Below are positions 15,565 to 24,475 of a stretch of DNA of 28,023 nt, in pieces. The stretch is from a virus (taxonomy: Duplodnaviria; Caudoviricetes), in IMG/VR virus record IMGVR_UViG_3300020042_004274, positions 1-28,023 of that record, one strand, 5' to 3'. Under the pieces are notes generated by a model that was not told the DNA's origin, made no database searches, and saw only the letters and a list, made by a program, of their open reading frames with translations. Both the position numbers and the translations under genes were made by a program. Numbering within the stretch: position 1 is the stretch's first letter; every line of letters begins with the position of its first letter.

Positions 15565-18411
15565 ATGGGCCGCACACTTTCTGGCGATTCCGCTAATGTT
15601 ATCGCACTTCCCGCGTCTCCAACTGGCTTTACCGCTGGCGACTATGTGTACCAGACCACAGCGGGTTATGGCGCAGTTCCGTCTGGCGCCTTGGCTACAG
15701 GCCTGTTTAATGTTAATAACGTCCCAGTGCCAGCGCGTTCCGCCACGGCGACGACGTCTAACGAATTTACATATGTTGAGCAGCTTGGCGGATCGATGGG
15801 AAGCCAAGTCGCAGCTCAGCTAACCAACGGAAATATTGTATATGTTTACGTAAGTGGCTCAGCAACGGTTGGCTCAGCAGGGGCTGTAAACTTTCGGATT
15901 GAAACCGCCGCTGGAACCGTAGTTGTCGCAGATACTAGCACGACTATGACGGCGTATACTCCATATCAAGCGAGTGTTGTTGCCATAGCAAATGGTACTT
16001 TTGCGATAGTATGCACGCCTTTAACAAGCAGCTTTAGTCTGAGCGCCCGCTTTTATAACAACGATGGCACGGCTGCTACTGCAGTGTTGGCTGCAGGCCT
16101 TAACTTAATCTTGGCCCAAGCGGTTGGTCGTCTTAAACTACAGGTGCTTTCAGATAACTCGGTCATTATCGGGTACACGACTAACGCTGTGTTTGAATTG
16201 CGCCGCGTGACAACGGCTGGTTTTGATGCCACTTTTGGTGCTAGTGGTGTGAGAATCGTTTTTGATATAGGTTCAGCTACCAGTCAATTCTGGGACTACA
16301 TTGTTGATGGCAGTAATAATATCCAAACGATACATCTTGTGAACAGCGGCAGTCTCGTCATGAGACGTTACAACTCCATCGGCGTTCAGCAGGCGACTTC
16401 TACTGTAAGCGGCCTCACTGGCTTGAAAGCTGTTGCTATTGCCATTGCTTCGGATGGAACAATGCGTGGTTTTGCTCAGCAGACGAGCGGTATCAATGTC
16501 GTTACGTGGAATGGAACCACTGCCGCACTGGGTACGCAAATTGTCACGGGAAGCTCATCCATTAACGCAGCTTTAGGCGCATTCGCGCAGGGAGCTTCTG
16601 GTGGTTATGTATTGTTCTACACATCCGTGAGCGCGACGAACACCATACCCCTTAACGTACAGGCGTTCAGCTCCTCTAACGTCGCATTGGCATCCGCCGC
16701 GACAATTACTGAGGCGCAGGCAATAGGTTACCGAACGCAGTTTACTCCGATTGTTGTGTCGGGAGATACCCGCGTTTATTTCGGTCTGTTTCAGGCAAGT
16801 ATTAATTTGATTACCACTGGATCTACCAGATCCCCTATGGGTATTATGTATTTTGCCTATAGCAACACGACATACGAGATCCTTAACTCGCCAACTATTA
16901 ACTATAATTTCACTGGATTGGGTCCAATTGCGCTGGGTAACTACAATAGAAACGGATCAACTCCCGGAATTGCGAAGTTTACAGTCGTATCAACAGGAAC
17001 TTACTCATCTACATTTGCCGCCGGGGCTGAAATCATATCAAAGACATTTGTCGATGGTACAAACACCGCGACACAGCTTGTTCTTGCGCCACTTCCAAAT
17101 GGAGAGTTTGTTGCTGCGTGGCAAAGAACCAACGGGGCAGCCTTCCCGACGTTTATTTCTAAATATAGTTCATCCGGCGTGTTACTGGCCGGCCCTGTAA
17201 CGGTGCAAGCAACCGGAATTTTACTTGGTGCTCTTTCAGTCGGTGTAGCAAGATTTGCCAATGGGAATATTCTTGTAACATATTCCGATACCATCACAGC
17301 GATTCGTTTTCGTATTTACACGTCATCTCTTACCTTAGTCACATCAGGAGATGTAGATACTGCCGCAACGGTTAGTAGCAATAATGGTAGTATTGCTGTT
17401 TCCACCTTTGGCGCAGAAACTCATGCTGCCATTGTTTACTCAGATACTACTGGGTACATAACGACAAGAACGATAAGTGACGCAGGAGTTGTTTCTGGTA
17501 TTATTTTTCAAGAGACTAGCGCCACCCGATGGTACAACTTGTCTGTTGTCGGCTTTAAGTCAAGTGCATTCTTTGCGGGTGGTACATCGACAACTGGAGT
17601 TAGACGCGGCTGTGTTATCCGGCAGACAGCGGCTTCCACATTTTCGGCTGGCAGCGCTTTTGATTTTAATGGTGTTGACACCTATTCCTCCTCTGGGCGT
17701 CTATCTTCTCCTATGCCAGCGGTCGGTACTTCGGCATACATGATAGGTAACTCGAGCGGAAATCTTACGTTTACAAACATTAATCCGGGAGCTAATTCTA
17801 CAAGCCAGCTCCAATATAATACTCTTCCCACGCCATTCAGCGGTAGTTTCACCGCCAACGGAACGTACTCTGCTACTACTACGTATACTGGCACAGGTAC
17901 GCCGGTAGTTGTATCACAGCGCAACAATACAACAACAGCTCTGACGCTTGCGCCAATTGCCAACAGTACGCTTGAAAATAATACCAGTGTGACGGTGTCT
18001 TCTGTAACTACTACGTTGCTGACAAATCAGACCGGCCAAAATATTTGTATATCCGCAATCCCACACATCGGGGAGGCTGTTCTTGTCGGCTATACTGACA
18101 ACAACCAATATCCAGCGTTCGTCTCTTTGGCAGCCTCCGCTTTCACTATTAGCTTTACACTGACCGCAGGCACGGATATTTCAACGAGTACGCTTGTGCT
18201 TACGCCAGAGGGTGGCTATTCTCTGCAGGGTATTTCAATAACTGCTGCGGCCTCCGGCAATAGTGGCTTTGTGCAAACAACGGGCACTGCAACTTTAAAC
18301 TCGAACTATTCTGCGGCGACACCTGCAACCTTATTTGACTCCCGCAATCCAATTACCTCTGGGACTAATGGTACGGTCGTTGGTCGCACTGTGACTATGG
18401 GGAACAACTGA
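15565..18411 (+). CDS. Large putative receptor-binding/appendage protein with beta-propeller-like repeats
   Basis: 948 aa, Ser/Thr/Gly-rich. Repeated blade-like motifs (LTNGNIVYVY, IANGTFAIV, LSDNSVIIGY, LPNGEFVAAW, FANGNILVTY). GAGGAGG upstream. Confidence 0.55.
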   Translation: MGRTLSGDSANVIALPASPTGFTAGDYVYQTTAGYGAVPSGALATGLFNVNNVPVPARSATATTSNEFTYVEQLGGSMGSQVAAQLTNGNIVYVYVSGSATVGSAGAVNFRIETAAGTVVVADTSTTMTAYTPYQASVVAIANGTFAIVCTPLTSSFSLSARFYNNDGTAATAVLAAGLNLILAQAVGRLKLQVLSDNSVIIGYTTNAVFELRRVTTAGFDATFGASGVRIVFDIGSATSQFWDYIVDGSNNIQTIHLVNSGSLVMRRYNSIGVQQATSTVSGLTGLKAVAIAIASDGTMRGFAQQTSGINVVTWNGTTAALGTQIVTGSSSINAALGAFAQGASGGYVLFYTSVSATNTIPLNVQAFSSSNVALASAATITEAQAIGYRTQFTPIVVSGDTRVYFGLFQASINLITTGSTRSPMGIMYFAYSNTTYEILNSPTINYNFTGLGPIALGNYNRNGSTPGIAKFTVVSTGTYSSTFAAGAEIISKTFVDGTNTATQLVLAPLPNGEFVAAWQRTNGAAFPTFISKYSSSGVLLAGPVTVQATGILLGALSVGVARFANGNILVTYSDTITAIRFRIYTSSLTLVTSGDVDTAATVSSNNGSIAVSTFGAETHAAIVYSDTTGYITTRTISDAGVVSGIIFQETSATRWYNLSVVGFKSSAFFAGGTSTTGVRRGCVIRQTAASTFSAGSAFDFNGVDTYSSSGRLSSPMPAVGTSAYMIGNSSGNLTFTNINPGANSTSQLQYNTLPTPFSGSFTANGTYSATTTYTGTGTPVVVSQRNNTTTALTLAPIANSTLENNTSVTVSSVTTTLLTNQTGQNICISAIPHIGEAVLVGYTDNNQYPAFVSLAASAFTISFTLTAGTDISTSTLVLTPEGGYSLQGISITAAASGNSGFVQTTGTATLNSNYSAATPATLFDSRNPITSGTNGTVVGRTVTMGNN

Positions 18412-19196
18412 TGACTATTCCTACTCCTACTGTATCACTTGCAGCTAATCTCGGCACGGGCGTTTTTGGCAATGGGCTGGTCCAAGTGTTTGGCGCATCT
18501 GGCACATTCACCGTTCCATTTGGTATTAGCCGTGTTCGTGTGCGCGTCTGGGGCGCAGGGGGTATTTCTGCGCAAGCCACCAGTACGTCTGGATCGGGTG
18601 GCGGTGGCTTTGCTATGAAGGTTGTTGACGTCAGTTCAGGACCGACTGTGGCCGTCACCGTTGGGACGGCATCCGTTGGCGCTAATGGCGGAACGTCTTC
18701 ATTTGGATCTTTTGTTTCAGCCACGGGCGGCGTGGGGGCAGCGGCTGCTGCAACCACTGTCAGCGCGGGAGGCACAGGGGTTGGTGGAGACATTAACTTT
18801 ACCGGCGGTAGCGGCAACATTCCCGATTCCACCACTAATGGCGGCTCAGGCGGGGTTGCTGGCGTATTTGGAAATGGCGGAACTGGAAACACGGGGACTA
18901 CTACTATTATTACTACCCGTAACGGTAATTCTGGAGGCGGAGGCGTGTCGGCCACCGCTGTTTCCGTAGGATTGGGACTTTTTGGCTTACCAACGTCATT
19001 GGTGCCTAGCACATCTCTTGACTCTATCGGAACAGGTGCTGGAAGTGTAACTCTAAACACTTCAGCCACCAATGGTGGTGGTGGGCCGGGCGGGGTAACC
19101 CCTACCGGAGGCGGCGGGTTTCCCGGTGGCGGATCATCTTCCACGGTCGCCAACTTGGCCCTTAACAGCTACGGCCTCGTAATAGTGGAGTATTAA
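18411..19196 (+). CDS. Glycine-rich domain tail protein
   Basis: 'VFGASGTFTVP.G...VRVRVWGAGG', 'GGTSSFG', 'ATGG.G' and C-terminal 'GLVIVEY', the signature of phage glycine-rich fibre-tip domains. Confidence 0.8.
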   Translation: MTIPTPTVSLAANLGTGVFGNGLVQVFGASGTFTVPFGISRVRVRVWGAGGISAQATSTSGSGGGGFAMKVVDVSSGPTVAVTVGTASVGANGGTSSFGSFVSATGGVGAAAAATTVSAGGTGVGGDINFTGGSGNIPDSTTNGGSGGVAGVFGNGGTGNTGTTTIITTRNGNSGGGGVSATAVSVGLGLFGLPTSLVPSTSLDSIGTGAGSVTLNTSATNGGGGPGGVTPTGGGGFPGGGSSSTVANLALNSYGLVIVEY

Positions 19197-19198
19197 TC

Positions 19199-19426
19199 AT
19201 GAAAATGGCTCGTATTACCGGTGGGATTGTTGGTGACGTTATCGTCCCTGTTGATGGCTTCAGGATTGAAGAATGCTTTCACCCTGATGTTCTGGCGCAG
19301 TATGTCGCTGTCGATGGCGACGTTCAGCCCGGCTGGATTGTGACTGAGGACGGCATTGTCGCGCCTGAACCAGAGGCCCCCGCTGAGGAGGCGCCGGCTG
19401 AAGAGGCTCCTGCAGCGGTCATCTAA
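19199..19426 (+). CDS. Small partner of the Gly-rich protein (fibre assembly-like)
   Basis: 75 aa, 'MARI.GG.V.DVI...V.PGW....G...P' with an acidic EAPAE-repeat tail. GGAG RBS. Confidence 0.55.
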   Translation: MKMARITGGIVGDVIVPVDGFRIEECFHPDVLAQYVAVDGDVQPGWIVTEDGIVAPEPEAPAEEAPAEEAPAAVI

Positions 19427-21033
19427 TGACCCTAGTACCCGTCAACATCAATTCACAGCCCGGTATCAAGCGGGATGGTACGAGGTTCGAGGGGAACTTT
19501 TACGTTGACGGACAGTGGGTTCGGTTTCAGCGCGGGCTTCCACGCAAGATCGGCGGGTATCGGCAGATCACGAACTTCGTCGAAGGCACTGTCAATCAGT
19601 TTCACCTGCAGTCACTGAACAACTTTACCTATACCCATATGGGCTATGGTGAGGGCCTACAGCGCATGACGATTGATGAAACGGGCAGCACCAGCTCTCT
19701 GGTTTCACGCGCACCTACGACGTACACAGGCGGCCCAGAATTCATGTGGCAGTTCGATGCGCTATTCGACGGCGCTGGCAGCTCAACTGTGTTGATCGCG
19801 CACGCTACAGATGCTGCAACCGATATTTCAACCGGCACAGACTTTCCCGCCTATATCGGCGACATCTATACTACGACGCCCCTAACGCAAATTCCAACGG
19901 CTGGTGTGAGCGGTGGCATTGTGGTGCTTCACCCGTACCTGTTTATGTTTTCCCAGAACGGTTTCGTGAAGTGGTCGGATGCAAACGATCCCACGAACTT
20001 TACTACCGGCGATGCTGGCGATGCGTTTATTTCATCCTCAAAGATCGTCAAGGGTTTACCGCTGCGTGGTGGTGGTCAGAACCCTGCTGGCCTCCTGTGG
20101 ACGCTCGATAGCCTGATCCGCACATACTACACAGGTGGTACGGATGTTTTCGCGTTCGACACAATTAGTTCGTCCTCGTCGATCATCGCGGTCAATGGCG
20201 TTATTGAGTATGATGGGATCTATTTCTGGGTCGGTGATGGCCGGTTCATGATGTACAATGGTGTGGTTCGCGAAGTACCGAACAACATGAACATTAATTA
20301 CTTCTTTGATGGGCTGAACCAGACATACGCGAATAAGATCTTCGCCTATAAGGTTCCGCGCTTTGGCGAGATCTGGTGGTGCTATCCGCGTGGCGATGCG
20401 ACTGAATGCACGCACGCTGTGATCTATAACTTCCGCGAGCAGACATGGTACGACACGGAGCTGCCGAATATTGGGCGCTCTGCTGGTATCTATGCTGGTT
20501 CGCTTAACCGCCCGATTCTTGCTGACATCAACCCAATTAGTCCCGGCGTTCCTGACATCCGCATTACAGAAGGCGGTGATACGCGGGTTACTGAAAGCGA
20601 AGCTATCCGCGTGGTTAACAATGGTCCGGATCTATACCGCATCTGGCAGCATGAATTTGGCGTTGATGAGATCGATGGCTCTGCGCTCAACGCAATCGAA
20701 AGCTATTTCGAGACGGGCGATATATCGTTGCTCACTGATAATAACCCGCGCAGTCGCTCAATCCACGTTGAGATGATTGAGCCTGACTTCGTGCAGCAGG
20801 GCGACATGACGGCCCAGATCACAGGCAGAATCAATGCTCGTGCGCCTGAAGTCTATGGCCCACTGCGCACCTTCCCGGCTGTGGCAAACGAGAAGTATGA
20901 GCAGCAGGTGTTCTTTAAGGAGCAACGGCGTGAGCTTCGCTTCAGGTTCAGCTCGAACACGGTAGGCGGCGACTATCAGATGGGCCAGATCATTGTCCAC
21001 ATCGAAGCGGCTGATGGTAGGTATCAGAGCTAA
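19426..21033 (+). CDS. Second tail nozzle/DNA stabilization protein (beta-propeller, distant gp10/gp12-type)
   Basis: 535 aa, 'PGIKRDGT', 'WVRFQRGLPRKIGGY', 'VKWSD', 'EIWWCYP', 'VIYN...TWY' and 'IEPDFVQ'. Lies just before the ejection genes. Confidence 0.75.
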   Translation: MTLVPVNINSQPGIKRDGTRFEGNFYVDGQWVRFQRGLPRKIGGYRQITNFVEGTVNQFHLQSLNNFTYTHMGYGEGLQRMTIDETGSTSSLVSRAPTTYTGGPEFMWQFDALFDGAGSSTVLIAHATDAATDISTGTDFPAYIGDIYTTTPLTQIPTAGVSGGIVVLHPYLFMFSQNGFVKWSDANDPTNFTTGDAGDAFISSSKIVKGLPLRGGGQNPAGLLWTLDSLIRTYYTGGTDVFAFDTISSSSSIIAVNGVIEYDGIYFWVGDGRFMMYNGVVREVPNNMNINYFFDGLNQTYANKIFAYKVPRFGEIWWCYPRGDATECTHAVIYNFREQTWYDTELPNIGRSAGIYAGSLNRPILADINPISPGVPDIRITEGGDTRVTESEAIRVVNNGPDLYRIWQHEFGVDEIDGSALNAIESYFETGDISLLTDNNPRSRSIHVEMIEPDFVQQGDMTAQITGRINARAPEVYGPLRTFPAVANEKYEQQVFFKEQRRELRFRFSSNTVGGDYQMGQIIVHIEAADGRYQS

Positions 21034-21290
21034 TGGCGAACGTCTTTACCACCACGATTGACCCGCGCATTGTAGACAATGTTGTGGACTGGGCGGACTA
21101 TATGTTCCCGTCTATTGAAGATTTTGGCGTTCCTTCTCGTCTTATGGATGAAAGCGATTGGAAAAACTGGGCATCTGGGTTATCATCGATTGCGTCACTC
21201 GCATCTCTTGGCATTCCAGACGCATATCAGTTTGACGATTGGCACGAATGGGCAATGCGTTTTAATGAAGTGATTAGTCAGGGATCTTAG
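21033..21290 (+). CDS. Small Trp/Asp-rich conserved phage protein
   Basis: 85 aa, 'DWKNWA...PDAYQFDDWHEWA'. TAATG coupling to the nozzle. Confidence 0.6.
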   Translation: MANVFTTTIDPRIVDNVVDWADYMFPSIEDFGVPSRLMDESDWKNWASGLSSIASLASLGIPDAYQFDDWHEWAMRFNEVISQGS

Positions 21291-21292
21291 GC

Positions 21293-23533
21293 ATGTTTGA
21301 AGATTATTACTTTGATGATCCCGCCTTACAGGATGCTCTGGCTGCTGCTGGGTATTATGCCGAACCAGCACGCAGCGCGGCTGTAATGCCTTCGACCGTA
21401 CAGGCGGCTGAGCCCATTATGGGTATTGGATCTCCTGCTCTTGCAGCGCCCTACGATATAAGCAGCTTGGTTGGCTTGAACCTAAGTGGTCTAGGCGGTT
21501 TTGGCGGCGGTCGGATGGGTGGCGTAATTCAAGACCCAAATATACAGTACATCGGCGCGCCGGTATCTAACAAAGGTAACCCCACGGGAAAGATGGGCGG
21601 CAATGTTTTTGCAATGACGCCTGATCAACCGGTGCGCCTTGTTGATCTTAACACTAAAACAGTTGTGTTTGAGGGCACGGGCTACGACGCCGCACGCGAG
21701 GCGACCCGACTGGGCCAGAGCATAACCGATGCAAAGGGCCGCAAGGCATCATACGATATTCAAACCGCAGACCCGTCGGGTAAGTACACGACCGTTGCTA
21801 ACGAGAAGAGGAACAAGAGTACACTCGGTACGATTGCCGAGATCGCAGGAACCGTAGCTCCGATTGCTGCTTCGTTTATCATTCCCGGTTTAGGTCTTAC
21901 GACTCTTGGTTCCATTGGAGCAAGCGCTGGCGTTGGTGGCCTAAGCGCTGCACTCAAGGGCGATAATATCCTTAAAGGCGCGGCTCTGGGTGGCTTGTCT
22001 GCTGCTGGCGGCGAATATCTTGGCGGTCCTTTAAGTAAGATTGGGGCCTCGAACATTGGCCTTAGAGCGGGTACTGCAATAGGCACTGGCCTCGGCTCTA
22101 CGGCAGGCGGTTTGGTTACAGGGCAGAGCTTAAAGAACTCGCTCCTTGGTGGTGTTGCTTCAGGTGCAATGAGCTACCTGTCCCCAGACATAGCTAGAGA
22201 ATTGGGAGTTGGCGGTGGATCAAGTAGCAGCAGTGGTGGTGGGCCAAACGCAGAAATTGTAGTCAACGCTAGGCCCTTCACGACTCAAAACGTAAAACTT
22301 GGCGGCTTTAAGACACCTGCAGAAAAGTATTTGACCGAAGCTGCCGCAGGAAACACAGTCGATCCCGCAACAGGCCTCCCCTATGCGGGCGATTATTCTG
22401 GCGATCTCATCAACGTAACAGGCCAGCGCCTCAGCCCCGGCGCGGTTACTGGCGGCTTAAACTTGGGTGACGTATCGCCTGAAATACTTGCTGGGATAGC
22501 TGAATTTGCAAAGAATCCTATTGTCGCTGAAGCTAACAGGCTTGAGCAATCTACTGGTAACGTAAACGTATCGCCTGAAATACTTGCTGGGATAGCTGAA
22601 TTTGCAAAGAATCCTATTGTCGCTGAAGCCAGTAAGCTCGAGCAGCCTACTCAGGGCTTTAATCTATCACCTGAAGTACTTGCTGGAATAGCGGAGTTCG
22701 CAAAGAACCCCATCATAGCTGAAGGTTCTAAGATCGAGCGGCCTACTGCTGCAGTTCCGGTTACGGGTGCTCTCGATACCGATATTGTAGTTAATGCACT
22801 TGGTAAAGAAGCAGGTTTGCCTGAGGGTTCCGTTGTCGCCGGTCTGCCTATAATGGGTCTACCAAAGATGGATCCAAACCTTACAGAAAAAACCACGCTA
22901 GAAAAAATTAAAGACGCGGCTAATCTAGCTAACGCTGTATCCGTCCTTGTCCCACTCGCCGGAGGTGTTCTTGGCGGTGGTGGTGGTGGCGGAGGCATAG
23001 GTTCCAGAGACACTACTGGCTTAAAATTTAGGGAAGGCTCTCTAAGATCCACAATTGGCGAGGGTTATCCCTATACGCCACAAACATATGGCCGGCGCGG
23101 TGGAGATCAAGAGACAGAGTATATGTTCTTCACCCGCGATCCTGTGACCGGAGCGCCTGTGGCAGAACCATCTGCAGCCATCAATCCGGCGGACATCCCC
23201 GTCAAAAAAGAAGGCGGCGAAATCGACGATGATATGGTAAAGCATCTCGTTGATTATCATAAGAACGGCGGTCATCGCGGCCCCGGACAGGTAAAAGGCA
23301 TCGGCAGCGGGCAGGAAGATAAGATCCCTGCATACCTATCTGATGGTGAATATGTCTGGAGCGCGCAGGATGTTTCCGATCTTGGCGATGGATCGAATCG
23401 TGAAGGCGTGCGCCGTCTTGATGAAATGCGGAAAATGGTACGCCGACAGGCTGGCCGTAAAGATGTAAAAAAGATTGCAAAACCCCAGAAGGGTATAGAT
23501 AGAATGCTTAAAGCTGTTGGAGGTATGGCGTAA
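21293..23533 (+). CDS. Putative ejection/internal virion protein with glycine-zipper region, TonB-box-like repeats and C-terminal 'G.G.GQED.IPA.LSDGEYV' domain
   Basis: 746 aa. GxxxG-rich hydrophobic segment, internal repeats, and C-terminal 'VKGIGSGQEDKIPAYLSDGEYVW.A.DVS.LGDGS...G...L..MR'. Confidence 0.65.
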   Translation: MFEDYYFDDPALQDALAAAGYYAEPARSAAVMPSTVQAAEPIMGIGSPALAAPYDISSLVGLNLSGLGGFGGGRMGGVIQDPNIQYIGAPVSNKGNPTGKMGGNVFAMTPDQPVRLVDLNTKTVVFEGTGYDAAREATRLGQSITDAKGRKASYDIQTADPSGKYTTVANEKRNKSTLGTIAEIAGTVAPIAASFIIPGLGLTTLGSIGASAGVGGLSAALKGDNILKGAALGGLSAAGGEYLGGPLSKIGASNIGLRAGTAIGTGLGSTAGGLVTGQSLKNSLLGGVASGAMSYLSPDIARELGVGGGSSSSSGGGPNAEIVVNARPFTTQNVKLGGFKTPAEKYLTEAAAGNTVDPATGLPYAGDYSGDLINVTGQRLSPGAVTGGLNLGDVSPEILAGIAEFAKNPIVAEANRLEQSTGNVNVSPEILAGIAEFAKNPIVAEASKLEQPTQGFNLSPEVLAGIAEFAKNPIIAEGSKIERPTAAVPVTGALDTDIVVNALGKEAGLPEGSVVAGLPIMGLPKMDPNLTEKTTLEKIKDAANLANAVSVLVPLAGGVLGGGGGGGGIGSRDTTGLKFREGSLRSTIGEGYPYTPQTYGRRGGDQETEYMFFTRDPVTGAPVAEPSAAINPADIPVKKEGGEIDDDMVKHLVDYHKNGGHRGPGQVKGIGSGQEDKIPAYLSDGEYVWSAQDVSDLGDGSNREGVRRLDEMRKMVRRQAGRKDVKKIAKPQKGIDRMLKAVGGMA
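22470..22745 (+). repeat. 3 x 96-nt (32-aa) tandem repeat
   Basis: The 64 nt at 22470-22533 are identical to 22566-22629. A diverged third copy starts at 22662. Encodes SPEILAGIAEFAKNPIVAEA..LEQ. Confidence 0.95.
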
Positions 23534-24474
23534 TGGCTATCACAGAAACCGTCACACAAACCAAGCTACCCCAGTGGCTGGTTGATGCCTACACCAAGAG
23601 CATCGAAAGAGGCTATGAGGCTACGACTACGCCTTATCAGCCCTATACTGGTGGCCCCCGCCTCGCTGCTGTTTCTCCGCAGGAGCAGCAAGCCTATCAG
23701 ATGACATCTGAGAATGTTGGGAACTATCAGCCATACACGCAGGCTGCTGGTGACTACATTGCAGGCGGCACCCAATCATTCACTGATCCGGGCGTCGCAT
23801 CTAGTTATATGAACCCATACACCCAGAACGTCGTCTCTGGTATTGGTGAAGCAGCTGGTCGGAACCTGTACGAGAATCTATTGCCTGCTGTTAATCGCAC
23901 ATTCACTGGTGGTGGTACGTTTGGTGGTAGCCGGAGCGCTGAGTTTACAGCCCGCGCTGTTCGCGATGCAAATTCTGCAGCTCTTTCGGCACAGAATGAG
24001 GCTCTCCAAAAGGGTTATGAGAGCGGCATGGGTCAGTTCAACACTGAGGCTGGTCGTTACCTCACGGCAGCTGAGCGGGCACAGAGCCTTGGTCGTGACG
24101 TTCAGAACTTAGCCGGTGTGGATACTGCCGCGCTTGAGGCTGCTGGCTCAGCACAGCGTGGGTTCGAGCAGGAATCGCTTAATTTAGCGAAATCTGATTT
24201 TGATGCCCAGCGTGATTATGATTACAATCAAGCTCTACGCTTTCAGAATTTTGTTGGCACACCAAGCGCACAGGGTGCCGGTACTCGTTACGAGCAGGCT
24301 CCCGGCGTAAGTAATACGGCGTCAACAATCGGCGCTGTTGCAAGCGGCATTGGCGCGCTGTCGAACTTGTTCGGTGGGCCCAAGAAGATCAAGGGTGGCG
24401 GTCCTGTTGGCGCCGATGGCAAGCGTAACATCAAGCACCCGATGCACGGACTTGGATGGTTGAAGGGCAAATAA
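23533..24474 (+). CDS. Putative ejection/pilot protein
   Basis: 313 aa, Ala/Gln/Gly-rich, with 'PYQPYTG', 'YMNPYTQNVV' and 'GTFGGSR' motifs typical of podovirus internal proteins. Confidence 0.7.
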   Translation: MAITETVTQTKLPQWLVDAYTKSIERGYEATTTPYQPYTGGPRLAAVSPQEQQAYQMTSENVGNYQPYTQAAGDYIAGGTQSFTDPGVASSYMNPYTQNVVSGIGEAAGRNLYENLLPAVNRTFTGGGTFGGSRSAEFTARAVRDANSAALSAQNEALQKGYESGMGQFNTEAGRYLTAAERAQSLGRDVQNLAGVDTAALEAAGSAQRGFEQESLNLAKSDFDAQRDYDYNQALRFQNFVGTPSAQGAGTRYEQAPGVSNTASTIGAVASGIGALSNLFGGPKKIKGGGPVGADGKRNIKHPMHGLGWLKGK

Positions 24475-24475
24475 G

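Noticed and set aside
18395-19153. 252-aa Pro-rich minus-strand ORF, and the many other short minus-strand or alternate-frame ORFs
   Set aside because: These are antisense shadows of Gly/Ala/Thr-rich plus-strand genes. They have no recognisable motifs, and the + strand is already fully tiled with coupled genes.
19368-19415. 15-nt repeat encoding EAPAE
   Set aside because: It is an ordinary low-complexity acidic tail with no evidence of a special function.
13206-19426. Diversity-generating retroelement or invertible fibre cassette
   Set aside because: No reverse transcriptase, recombinase, adenine-variant repeat pair or inverted fibre gene is visible in the window.
22470-22745. Direct repeats with short variable spacers resembling a CRISPR array
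   Set aside because: The 64-nt repeat has a 96-nt in-frame period, the spacers are similar to each other, the third copy diverges synonymously, and no cas genes are present. It is a coding repeat.
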